From: the human T2T-CHM13v2.0 reference genome, Homo sapiens
Assembly: GCF_009914755.1 (NCBI RefSeq)
Contig: NC_060930.1
DNA length: 64,000 nt
Direction: 5' to 3' (one strand)
Shown: positions 40,325 through 52,610 of the stretch, piece by piece
How the letters are laid out: each line of letters opens with the position of its first letter
How positions within the stretch are numbered: the stretch's first letter is position 1
The notes under the pieces: generated by a model
The model's database searches: none
What the model was told of the DNA's origin: nothing
The model's input: only the letters and a program-made list of their open reading frames with translations
Translations under genes and position numbers: made by a program

Positions 40325-43169
40325 CCACCTGCCTAATGTGTTTCTAGGGAGGACGAGGCAAGATAAGATATGTAACACACCTGGAGCATAGCATGCAGTT
40401 AAAAAGAAACACACACATTTATTCCACTTCTTCCCTTAAGAGAAGTAACTGAGCAGCTGCTTCGAGAAAGTTCCTGCAGTGGTAGCAGCAGTTATCCCTT
40501 TTTCAATATAGTTTCAGAGTCAGGGCAGTTCCTTTGTCTGAGTTTCAGGATACATTTGGGCATGACTCATAGAGAAGAACTCAACAAAGTTTAAGAACAG
40601 TAGATTATTATACTGCTTGGTTGCAATTGAAGTTCTTGAGTCCCTCATTAACTTCTCTCAAGGCCAAGATATCATTAGAGAGCAACAAAGAGTAGCCTGA
40701 TAGCAATTCTTTATCCATGTTACTAGGATTCAGCTGGGGATAAGGAGGAATAAACACAGTCATCTAAGATAGTTTCCTAGGACAGAGGAAAAAGGATTAG
40801 GGCCTGGGGAAGAGGAGTAAAACTGCTATCTGTCAGAGGACATCAATCTGAAAGAGAAGGTGCAAGCAACTCTTCCTATAAGAAGGATGGATAGTTCCCA
40901 GAAGGGATTGGTGGAGGAGGGAGCATCACCCTTGCAGTCTCGTGACATTTGTTATCAACTGATGCCTTTTTTTTTTGGCACACTTTAGTATGACAGTCAG
41001 GTGGCTGATCCTGGGTTACTGTTTTTAGAGACATTTTCTTATTGGTGGCTCCAGGCACAGTAAGTACGTTTGCCTTTAGCTGTGGTCTGCCCTTACACCC
41101 TCATGCTAGGACATGTGGAGGTTTCAAGGTGAACAAAACTGATTTTCTATCATTCAGTTGCTAACATTGTAGTAAGGGAGGTAAGACACGTAATCAAATA
41201 GACATAACCCGGGAGAAAAAGTAGCAAATGCCTGAGAGTGGGCCAGGTGCTGAGAGAGTGCTGTGTGGTGACAGCACTCCCAGGGAGAGTCTGGGTCCTG
41301 AGCCCTCACACCAGTGAAGAGAACCTTTCAATCCCTAGGGCAGGAATAAGCCAGCAGGCCCAAGGTGTAGCTCAAAGCTGTAGAAGCCTGTGCTGAGCTG
41401 TTGAGGCAAGCAATGCTGAGCACTGTCTTCAGAGTCTCAAAATCTTATCTCTACCATGTGCCTCTGACACAGCTTTATTTATTTCCCATACACAGCCTTG
41501 ATCTCTGATACTGGCCGCCCAACTTGTTTTAGATCCTTGACTTCAGGCTTAATCCCTAGTGACTACTATCATCAACTTGGAGACATATAACCCTTGGCTG
41601 CCATCTATGGCCACATGACCCAAATGAAACCATAGGTTCCAGCGTGGCCTATGCTCTCAGGAGGCCCTAGCCATGAAGGGCCAGGCACATTGAACCCAGC
41701 CTCAAACATTGGAGTAGAGAACGCCCATCTGGCATTTCTCAGGGCAGAGGAAGACGAACATAGCTTAAAGACAAGCCCACAGTCATGAGGTCTATGCCAA
41801 GCTTCAGGAGACTCCGGGAAACCAGTCCTGTACCCTCACCTCCAGGAAATTCCTGATTGGTCTCTCCAGGGATATTCACTATAGTCCCAGAAGGGTCTCT
41901 GGCTCTTGTGGTTGAGCCAGCATCCCTGAACTTCTCTCTATGCATGTAGAGAATGTTTCCAGGTAAACTATTGAAAGGCCACATCTTAATTACCAGACCT
42001 ATCTTCAGAATCCAAATAGAGACCACAGACCAACAACTGGTAGCTACAGTTCCATCTGTCTCAGAGAGTCCAAATGCCTTAACAATGCCGCTGTGTTGAG
42101 GTGTGCTGGGGGCACTGTGTGGCCTGTTCACTAGTGCCCCACACCTGGCTCTCTTCAGAGTGAAGGGGGCTGGGCTCAGGGAAAGCAAAGAAGGAAATTG
42201 TCATATTGTTCAGGTATGGTTTAGACTCCTAGACCATTTATTGCAGACAAGATCTTAAAAACTGTACAGAAGACAAAGTGACCTCTGCAGGCTTAGAGGA
42301 AGCCAGATTGGGGCAACAAATAATTTATTGAATTTTTAATTAATTTAATTTGGGGTCATGGCAAGTCATTGAAGACATAGAGATGAAACTTGATAGAGAG
42401 TTCATAATGATCTCTCTTTTGCCTGAATTCTATGATATTATTAGTCTCTGTTTAACTCAGAGCTCTTCTTTGAAAAAAAGAACATGACATTCAGACTAGT
42501 GCCAATGAAAAATGAGGCTTATTTTTAGGATAAAGAGAAAGCTTATGGACGTTCAGGAGAAGCCAAATAATCAGGCCTCAGGCCAGGCCGAATTATAGAT
42601 TCCAATGAGCTCAGAGACCTGTATAGCACTTACTAGATTCTTAATAAGTGTTCGTTAAAAGAATGAATGAATGAATGAATGAACAAATGAACTCACAAAT
42701 GACCTAAGGGAGCTCAGAGGAATACTGAGGACTACACTACTGTCCTACCAATAACTGACTTAATCTTACTGCACTTAACTCTCCTGTGTCTCTTGGCCCA
42801 AAATCCCAACAGAGGAATCCAGAGAATACCCCTGGGTCAGATGCCCATCTCAGTCCATTAAGCAATAGCCAGAGAAGGTAATGCCAAATGACCATAGGGC
42901 TCCCTTCTAAGGATCAGACAGATTAAGCCAGAATAAGAAACTGAACATGGCCTGTGGGTTTGTATTTCTCCAGGGCATTCATTTTGTATGTAATTACAGA
43001 CTGCCATGTACTGGTGTTACTTAAGGTATATATGCGGGTGGCACCACAGTGAAATATTTTTGCTTCTTGAGGACAGAATAATAGCTTCTGTTCTTTCTTC
43101 TATAGGGCTTCAATTTTATAAATAATTCTGATCAAGGAAGAATGTTCAAGTATGACCAGATTGGGAGCT

Positions 43170-43390
43170 AATGTGCTAACTGATTATTATATGCCAGACA
43201 CTGTGTTAGGCATTTTACAAAACTGTAATCTCTCACAATTTATTCTTGTGGGTAGGCATTATTATCCCCATTTTACAGATGAAAAGACTGAGATTTCAAC
43301 TATCACAGTTACAAAGTTGAAAAGGGGTGGAGCTGGAATTCTTCCTGAGATTGGTTTGTTCCCCAAAGTTATACCCTTTCCAATATCACT
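43170..43390 (-). mobile_element. MIR
   Basis: 'attattatccccattttacagatgaaaagactgag'. Confidence 0.8.
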
Positions 43391-43693
43391 ATACTCTCTT
43401 GCAATCGACGGATCATTAAGCAAAATATCGGGATGAATTCTGCAGGACAGAGCCAGGACTCTTCCATGAGTCATTAGTCAGGTAAAGACACTTAAGGCAC
43501 ATAATTAGGCAAGTATGTAGTTTTTTATTTAATATTGGTTTGAGGAAACTAGCTCTAAATAAATTAGGGGACCAATTGGGAACCTTTGATATGGTCAGGT
43601 TTTAGAGGAGATGAGAAGGATAAAAGGAGAAAGTTGTTTGAAAAAAATCAAGTTACAAAATACTGCGATTTCATTTTTAGATATATGGATCTG

Positions 43694-43743
<50 letters not shown>
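43694..43743. repeat. (TCTA)12 tetranucleotide STR
   Basis: Read directly from the sequence. Confidence 0.97.
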
Positions 43744-46539
43744 GTGTAACACATATGTTAAAGATGTAAAATACCCATTGTTTTATATATCTGTAAGAAA
43801 GAAAAAGTGCTGTCAATTAATTGCAAGACATAATTGATTATGAAAGCCATCCTGATTTCAAAGATGTTAAATGTGAGAAAAAAAAAGTCTGTGCTGCAAT
43901 ATGTAGGAAAAGATCCAGAGAAATGTGCCCGAATGTTGCAGTGGTGATTTCCGGGAGGTGACAGTATGACTTGCGTTTTATGATTGCTCGTCTGTGTATG
44001 CAGATTTCCCTGATCCACTCTCATCCCACTCTCAAAGGTTCAAGTAGGTGATCCCCAGCCCCAGGAGAACCACTTTTAAACTCTTTCAGCATGTCACGCA
44101 TTAGAGTTCACACATTAGATTTCAAGCATTGGCTTTAGGATTTGGGGATATACATCTCCCGTGGTATTGATCTTAGCATTTGAAGCCTCTGCCAAAACTT
44201 CACGGCAACAGGAATAAAACACACTTAAGAGACTTTTCTACTACACACCTGATTCAATAATAGGCGAGATACGAGTTGTTAGCAAATGAAGGAAAAGCAT
44301 GCTGTTCAATGATGAACGTTCTTAAGAAATAATATCTAGGTTAATGTAGTACTTTTAGTAAATGCACAGAAAGTACAATTCTAATAAATAAACTTGTTTT
44401 ATATCTTTAATTTCCATCTAGAATTGACTCGTGTTAGATTTTTTGTGGTCTTAAAGATAATCATAAATCCAACAGTAATATGATTAGCTCAATAATTTTT
44501 CACTTGGGGAATACATGTAGATATTTTGAAGTTTTATGTTAAGGAATGCTTGAGGTTATTTTTACCAAACATCATGAAGAAAATATAATTAATTAATAAA
44601 TATTACAGTCTTAAATCTATTATTTAAAACATGGAAAATTTTCATATAAGCTACTTTATTGCATTCCTTCTTTTATTAAGTCCTAGGATAATTTTGTATT
44701 CTTTTTGAAAGTGTATGCTTTCCTCCCTTTGCTTGGTTACACAGTTGGACTTATTTAATTTTCTAATACAGTGCAAGATTATTTTACTATTCAAAAGCGA
44801 TTCTGCAACTTTTACATATTTGCCAACAATGCAGGATATGGCTACTGATCCAAAATCATAGTTTGTAATCATTTTAACTCCCGGTCCTCTGTATTGTTTC
44901 AATCATGGCCATGAAGCCACCACCTACTCCACAGGAGAGCTTGCCAGCATGCGCTGGAAGTGTGTGGATGCCAATGAGTGATTTCATTGCAAGGTTGAAG
45001 GAGGCACTTTAATCTAAAGCTGATCTCTTGATTCATACTTGCCAAGATTTTGCCTACATTCTTCAGATGGCTTAAGACAGGGAAGGGCATAAGCTTTGGT
45101 GCCAGACTAGCTTTAGTTAAAGCCCAGCAACTTGGGACTGAGCCCCAGGTCCCATGAATGCAGGTCTTCATCAGCAAGGCTGGGAGCAGACCACAGTGAA
45201 CATTGTGACTTCTCAGTTGGAGCTGGTTTAATTTGTGGTGTTGTTCAGCTCTGCATGGGAGACTTAAATGGAGTCATCACTGGCTAACTGTAGGTATAGT
45301 GAAAACAGGCACATAGTAACATTTGACAAATATTTTAAAGCCTACCTGTTTTCCACAGACCTCACCTGGCCAACGGAGAAGTGCAATTACTAGATTATAA
45401 TCAGATCTATGATTATTTGTTACCTTTATTAAAACAATTCTATATATTTTATTGCATGTAAAAGAGTAAAATGGCTATCTTTAAGTACCAAATACTCCAA
45501 TAGCAGGGTAGCAACATTTATTTACACTACAGCTTGGTATGTATATGTGCTCAATTTTTTTTAACCTATACTTGGTGTGAGTATGAGCACCTAGGCTTTG
45601 AGTAGTGGGGGAAAAAATATTAGGCCTAGTCCATTCCAATGCAATTATTTTAAAAACCTCTTTAAATATTACTCATTTCCTTCAGCAAAGTTATCTTCTA
45701 GTTCAGATTTCTCCTTTTTCAGATCCCATTTTCCTGTGTCCTAGCTAGGGAGGCATCTGGTGTGCCTGGTGTATGGAAGCCTGAAGGACTATGCAGTGCC
45801 TTGTGTTCTGCTTGTATGGCTCTTCAGGTAGCTGGGAACATGATGTCCCCTGGTGCTGAAGTTTTTTGCAGATACTACTCATGATCTTGTCTCCCTCAGC
45901 TGAGTTTCAGTTCAGTAGCCCCTCCGAGCTGATTCAGCTTTGCCTTGGCTCTCATTGGAGGGAGATTCTTTCCACTTCCTCCATTTGTCCTCTGGCCAGG
46001 GCTGGTAACCCCAGCCCCTGATGCAGGAGCACCAACTTCTTGCCAAGTTGGTGAGTTTCTCCCTAAGAACCATGAGAAGTTCTGAATCCTATCCATGGTT
46101 AACTGACTGCAGAAGAGTGAGTTGGAGAATTAAACACGAGGGGCCTCTCTGTCCAACACCCCTGGACCTGCCAAGGTTACAGTGATGTGGCTGTGTACCA
46201 GGTTGGTGTGGGATAGCCTGAAGGATATTCCTTCCTAGAGTTCAAAAAGGAAATTGGGGCAGGCTTCCTATACCATTCAAGGACCAGGAAAGATGTAAAT
46301 GGGTGGCATGCCCAAAAGGGATGCCTGATTCCAGAAAGCTTAGTGAATGGGCCATCAGAAAAATGACAAGAGTTAAGGGCATCAAACAGTGTTGAAGCAC
46401 CTTGGAACAGCCGCAGTAGGAAGTCAATACAGTCCTTAGGCCAGAGGAGAGTTCTTGGAACCAGACGATGGCTGAGCTGTAGAAGGGAGCTACCTAATGG
46501 GAGCTTTGGCCTGTGGTAGTTGAAAGCTGAAACTGCAAG

Positions 46540-46742
46540 ATGCAGCCTGGCAGGGAGGGAGACAGGCAGGACTAGACATTTGCTAACCACTCGCTTCTGC
46601 CCTCCAGTGTCCTGCAGGGGCTTCCCATTGGCCAAGGGCATGGGAATCATATTGATATAATCCTTAGGTCATCTCCTGGGCACAGAGAAGGGTGGAGGAG
46701 GGTAGAGAGTGGGTCTGAAGGAGTGAACAGAATCTCCAGCAG
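46540..46742. mobile_element. MaLR (MLT1J/K-like) LTR remnant
   Basis: 'ctccagtgtcctgcaggggcttcccattggcc...gggcacagagaagggtggaggagggtagagagtgggtctg'. Confidence 0.55.
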
Positions 46743-46870
46743 ATTCTTCTCTAAGTGTAACCCATTTCATACTTTCTGGGCCAATGCCCAGAGAGAAAGG
46801 TGGGACATACACATCTCAGGGCTTAGCTCTCCTCATTCTCTCCTCCTTTCCTCTTCCCACAATCTACCAG

Positions 46871-46899
46871 GGATAGAGCCAGAGGCACATACCTCCTCG
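46871..46899 (+). other. Candidate 29-nt cassette micro-exon of TPD52L1
   Basis: Long pyrimidine tract plus CAG| acceptor (46870); donor TCG|GTAAGT (46900). Confidence 0.4.
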
Positions 46900-48954
46900 G
46901 TAAGTCCTAGATATCTAAGGGGTATCTAAGGGGAACTGCTTGGGCTGGATGTCCTGGGCTTGGCTTTTGCTATGCCAAGAGAGAAATAATGATATGTAGA
47001 ACATTGCCTCAAAAAAAACTTTTTTCTGCATATCTCTTTTCTTGCTGGTAAATCCAATTTCAAATGCCAAAATCCTAAATATTAACCTTTTCTTTGTGTT
47101 TCTTTAACTTCTCTGTCCTGCCACTGGCAGATGGATGCCTTAGACCAGCTAGGAAAATATTACATTTTGGGAGAGGCAAAGAGAATACTTTTAAAAACTA
47201 TTACTCCCCAATTTCATGCTGCTGTAGTTTGTTTGGAAATTTTAAAATTTTATAGCATTTTCAAGTATATTATCTGATTTAACATCATTTAACCTTAGCA
47301 ACAATCCTACAAGGTATCCATTTTACAGATGAGATAATTGAGGTCAAACGTACTCTGCTAGTTAATAGCAAACCCACAACTAGAATTCCAGATCTCCTGA
47401 CTCCCATTAGAGTGCTCCTTCTTCTGTGCCAGACAGGGGGCCACAGTTTGCACATTTGGAAAAGAGAACCAAGTTCATGAAATTGGTTCATAATATACTG
47501 GTACTTGCTAAAAGTGGTGACTTGAGCATTTGCCCAGTGATAATTGCTTTCACTGAAAAATTTTTTTTAACTTTTTCTAATATCTGCTTCCATGGTAACT
47601 AGGTAATTTTATACTTATTTTATTGCCCTTCTTGCATTATCATCTGTCATTTGGTATCTTTCACCATTTGCTTTTTTCATTCCTGGTTTTGACTTCATTT
47701 CACTAGTTAATTACCTTTTTAATCCAACTCCTCTTTTTAACTACTTCTTGATTCTTGAATTATCCTTTGACCTCATCATTTGATTGCTGCTTTCCTAACT
47801 CAGTGAGTTGAACATATTCTGCTAAAAATAGCAGATCTTGTTTTCATTTTGTCTCTGTTTATGTGACACCCTGTGTATAACTCAGAGAGCACCACTGGGA
47901 CAAGATGTAACAGGGAAAAATATGTGCCTAGGTAGAGAAAGGATGAGGAGAGCTTAAACCTAGACTAACTAGCAACCTGGTCTCTGGGCAGATTTCTTGA
48001 ATGGGTGGTTTCTGGCAGTGAGACTTTGAAAGATTCGTGATGTCTCTGAGGAGTGGGATGTTTGGCCCATCAGAGCTGAAGGCCAGTTCAGAGTTTCTCA
48101 CTTTGTAAGGTTTATGCGCTCCCCCTCTGAAAAGTGGAAGCTACCGGCTGGGTACTGGGTCTGTCTTTCCCTAGATTCACTCGAAGTTTCCCAATTCATG
48201 TATTACCAGTTAAACAGGGTTTGAACTTTCTTTTCTTACTAGAATATAGAAGGTACTAAAGATGTTTGATGTCTTGAAAAGTCTAAGGACCTGGAACTGT
48301 TGTTTATTCCCTGGAGCATGTCTTCTCACGTTATGAAGATAGGGAAGACTGAGAATTTGGGTTCCAGCTAAGTTTGAGCAGTATCTGTAAGTCCTTGGGC
48401 CAGGCTGAGTGGGGAGAAGTCCACAGTGTGTTGCAGTACCCCCAGGACTGTCTGCTGACCCCCACTGCAGGGGTGGGGTGGAGCTTACTTTCTGGGTCTA
48501 TCTCTCATAGCTGTGCTTGGAATTGCTGCTGATTCCTGGTTTAGATCGTTATCCTAGAGCATTGACTAAAATGTTAAATGACCTGTAAGTTACATTGTTT
48601 TACCAAGAGGCTGTTCCCTACATTCTCTTGAGTCTGTAGTCTCATAGGTTGCTGATGTTGCATAAAACTGGTACAGCCTCTCTGGGTGATAGTTTAGCAG
48701 TAGGTTACAAAATGTCCATGCCATTTGACTGAGAAATCCAATGGATAGGAAGTCATCGTGAAGCACCTAATGACTTAGCTAGGAGATGTTCACTGCAGCT
48801 TCCCAGCAAACAGGGTAAATTATTAATCATCCATAAGACAAAATAAAGCACAACCATTGAAAATATATAAATGTATATGTGTGTCTTTACACACGAAAAG
48901 ATATTCATAATATCCTATTGAATAAATAAACCAAGTTTGCAACAGTAAATTCAG

Positions 48955-48959
<5 letters not shown>

Positions 48960-48989
<30 letters not shown>
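48960..48989. repeat. (TA)n microsatellite
   Basis: Read directly from the sequence. Confidence 0.95.
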
Positions 48990-48993
<4 letters not shown>

Positions 48994-49576
48994 ATATTAA
49001 TACACCTATGCTCAGAAGAAATACCAGAAAGGAAGGATCAAAATACCAATTTTTGGGTAATATGATTAATGTTGATTTTAATTAATAATGGATAATTTTA
49101 CTGTCTTCTAGGATGATCAGATATTACTTATGAAAAAGGAAATTACTTAGCATTGAAACTGGCTTCTGGCATAGAGAGAAGGGATGAGGATCTGATGAAC
49201 ATGGATCAGCAATATGCCACGTTTACTAATGTTTGTTACCGTGTTGGCAGTGACATCAGGGTGCCAATGGCACACTATTGATTCAGACATAAGGATGTGA
49301 ATACCAGGGACTCAAGAGAAGGGACAGCTTCAGAACTATACACACTTGAGCCATATTTTTATTCTCTTTATCTAAAATGTTCTGATTTTGTAGGATAATT
49401 ATTTGCCTTTTTCTTTTTACTTTAGACAAAATCCATTTTCATTTGTTTATTAAATAATTATAAGTACACAAAAGAATATTTACAATATAAAGGTAAAGTG
49501 GAGAAAATACTCATGAACAGAAAGTCAGTGTCCAGAAATGGAGTATGACCATTGATCCTGTAAGAGTTCCCTAAGG

Positions 49577-50105
49577 CAGCAGTCCCCAACCTTTTTGGCA
49601 CCAGGAACTGGTTTCGTGGAAGATAATTTTTCCACAGACAAAGGGTGGCGGTGATGTTTTTGGGATGATTCAAGCACATTACTTTCATTGTGTATTTTAT
49701 TTCTATTATTATTACATTGTAATATATAATGAAATAATTATACAACTCACCATAATGTAAAATCAGTGGGAGCCCTGAGCTTGTTTTCTTACAACTAGAC
49801 GGTCCCATCTGGGGGAAACGGGAGACAGTGACAGATCATCAGGCACTAGATTCTCATAAGGAGCACGCAAGCTAGATCCCTCGCATGTGCAGTTCACAAT
49901 AGGGTTCGCGGTCCTATGAGAATCTAATGTTGCTACTGATCTGATGGGAGGCAGAGCTCAGGTGGTAATGCAAGCAGTGGGGAGTGGCCATAAATAGAGA
50001 TGAAGCTTTGCCAGCTCGCACACCTCTCACCTCCCGTGGTGTGATCTGGTTCCTAACAGGTAACAGACCGGTACTGGTCCATGGCGCGGGAGTTGGGGAC
50101 CTCTG
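49577..50105 (+). mobile_element. MER1A (hAT-Charlie)
   Basis: TIRs cagcagtccccaacc...gttggggacctctg; 8-bp TSD ccctaagg/ccctatgg. Confidence 0.9.
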
Positions 50106-50139
50106 CCCTATGGGATCCTCCATTCCTTTCTCCTTTCCT

Positions 50140-51200
50140 CTCTGGCTTGAGAAAACCACAGTCCTAAATTTTTTATTATTGCTTTGCTTTTCTTTATAAT
50201 TTAATTCCTAAGTGATATTTTAGTTTTGTGTGCTTTTGTACTTCATTAAGTAGAATTATACTTATTCTTCTGCAACTTGCATTTTTCACTCGATATCTTA
50301 TTTCCAAGTTTTATCCATGTGGTGTGTATAGTGATAGTTCATTCATTTTGCTATTGTCCAGTCTTTATCATGGAAATGCACCACAGTATGCTTATGTATT
50401 GTCCTGTTTATGAACTTTTGTGTGACTTACAGTTTGTTGACACTATGAAAGCTTTTATTAATGGCGTCTGATGTGCGTGTATAACATCTAATGCTCATGT
50501 AGGTTGTCTCAGGTCTATACACAGTGGAATTGCTAGGTTATAGGGTATGTGAATGTCCAATTTTAATATACAATGTAGATCATGCTAAATCATTTTCCAA
50601 TTATTTTTATCTATTTATATTCTTGCCAGCAGTATATGAGAGCTTCTATCTTTGCACAGTCACCAACATTTAGTAATGTCAGACTTGTAAATTTTTGCTA
50701 ATCTACTGAGCGTGAACTAATTTAATTTGTATTTCCCTGAGCATCAGTGAAGTCAAGCATGTTTGCTTCAGTGAAGTCAAGCATGCTTTCCTGGGTTTAT
50801 TAACATTTGTGATTTCTGTCTATAAATCATCTGTTCAGGTCTTTTGACCCATATTTCTATTGGATTATTTCTGGTTTTAAAGTGGGTCTGTAGGAATTCT
50901 GTATATATCGGGAACAAATCTTTTTAGTTATATATGTGAGAGATATCTTCTTCCAATTAGTGGCTTGTCTTTTCATTTTCCATATAGCGTCTTTGATAAA
51001 GAGCCATTATTAATCTTGTTCGTCCGTTTTTCATGGTTTGCCTTTTTGTGTCTTAAGAAGTCCCTTCCTAACCAGAGGTTCATAAACACAAACTTCTAGA
51101 TTGTCTTCTAAAATGTTTATAGTTTTGTCCCTGTGAATGGTTTAAAGGTGTCCAATGTGTTTTTTCTATAGAGATAACTGTTCTAGGACAATCTATTAAA
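50140..51200 (-). mobile_element. Old L1 3' region (L1M)
   Basis: 'agtggaattgctaggttatagggtatgtgaatgtccaattt' and 'ctgttcaggtcttttgacccatatttctattgg'. Confidence 0.75.
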
Positions 51201-51208
51201 AACTCTTC

Positions 51209-51527
51209 TGTTGTAGGACTTTCTCCTTAGTTCAGCTAAAAACGGGTCCTTGTCACACGACCATGAAAGATTAGGCTTGCAGACACTTTGAAGGGTGAGA
51301 AAAATGGAATTTATTGGGTGAAAAGGAAAAAAACTCAGCAAAGCAAGAGAGCTTCCTGTTAACAGATCCCCATCTCACAGATAGAATTCCCAGTTACCAC
51401 CCCGGAAAAAGAAAGGACAGACTCCTACCCCCTAAAACCGGCAGAAACTTCCATGGCTCAACCTGTTCTCCCAGTGCTCAGGCCGGTGGGAGTTTCTCCA
51501 GGGACCCCTTTGTATTTGAATGTTTCA
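51209..51527 (-). mobile_element. ERV1 LTR (MER48-like)
   Basis: 'tgttgtaggactttctccttagttcagctaaaaacgggtccttgtc...ctttgaagggtgag...gtttca'. Confidence 0.65.
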
Positions 51528-52494
51528 TTTTCTTTCCCTACAGAGGTGTAAATGCCAGCTGACTGGAATCATGTCATAGATGAAGTTTCTCTCTGAGTGT
51601 GGACCTGTTTCCTGGGTTCCCTGGAGAACACAGGCATTTGAGTCAGCCAGATGTTGAGGGGCCCTACCAGGGAACTTCTTTATATTTTAAATAAGAAGTC
51701 ATTTATCTCACATAACAAGTTAGAAGCTATTCTGGGTTAACCCAAGGCACAATGATGGCATCAAGAACCCCGGCTCTTCCCATATTTTCCTCTGCCAGAG
51801 TCAGTTTGTCAGTGATGATTCCTCACAGCTCCAACTGCTTCGAGCCACATCTGCAGTGGAAAAAAGGCTTCATATTTTAAATTCTAACCTCAAGGTTGTT
51901 GTGGACGACCCAGGTGGTGTGCATTCAAGTTGCAAGCTGCTTTCCCATGCAGTCCCACTCAGGGTCACGAGTTCTCAGGGGAGGATTTTTTTCTCTGTCC
52001 ATTCAGTCCTGAGTTTCAAGATGGGCAACTTGCCTTTCAGATCCCTGTGTAAAGAATGAAGGTATTTATTTCTAGTTCACCTGACTCTCAGGGTGCAGCC
52101 CTTGGGGCCTACAATTTACACAGGAATCTCACATTAAACCCCTCTCCATGGGCGGGCCTTGGGCTTTGTCCTCTGCCCTTACGCCTCATGAGACAGTGAA
52201 GAGCTAAGCTGGAATTCACCAAGGTGGTAAATGTAGACCTCCCTGAAAGCTTGTCCTGTTTACATCTCTGCCTTCTCATTTTCTCTTAATTTTTTTCTTT
52301 TTTTGGCTTCTTGGTATTCTTTGCTTTCTTGGAGCTCGTCACACATTTAGGAGGATTTTTGTCTTTTCTGGAATTTTTAGTTGTTTTTTGGTGGGAGGGT
52401 CTGTCAGTGCATCTAGTCCTCCACACTATGGAAGCAGAAGTTGGTTTAAATTCACTTTAAAAATTGCCTTCTGTTTTATCAATTCTGCCTAAAG

Positions 52495-52610
52495 GTTTGT
52501 TGGAGACTGAACCGTTGCAAGGAACAGACGAAGATGCAGTAGCCAGTGCTGACTTCTCTAGCATGCTCTCTGAGGAGGAAAAGGAAGAGTTAAAAGCAGA
52601 GTTAGTTCAG
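52495..52610 (+). CDS. TPD52L1: TPD52L1 coding exon 2 (116 nt, phase 1 to phase 0): (G)LLETEPLQGTDEDAVASADFSSMLSEEEKEELKAELVQ
   Basis: Translation matches the recognisable N-terminus of human D53 (MEAQAQ|GLLETEP...). Acceptor ...ctgcctaaAG| ends at 52494; donor CAG|GTATGT at 52611. Splices in frame to the next exon. Confidence 0.97.

Noticed and set aside
41739-42188. 149-aa minus-strand ORF (also the 157-aa ORF at 46177-46650 and the 132-aa ORF at 37791-38189)
   Set aside because: No recognisable domain or exon structure; lengths are compatible with chance ORFs, partly in decayed LTR sequence.
50744-50785. 18-bp near-tandem repeat TCAGTGAAGTCAAGCATG
   Set aside because: Ordinary slippage duplication inside an L1 remnant.
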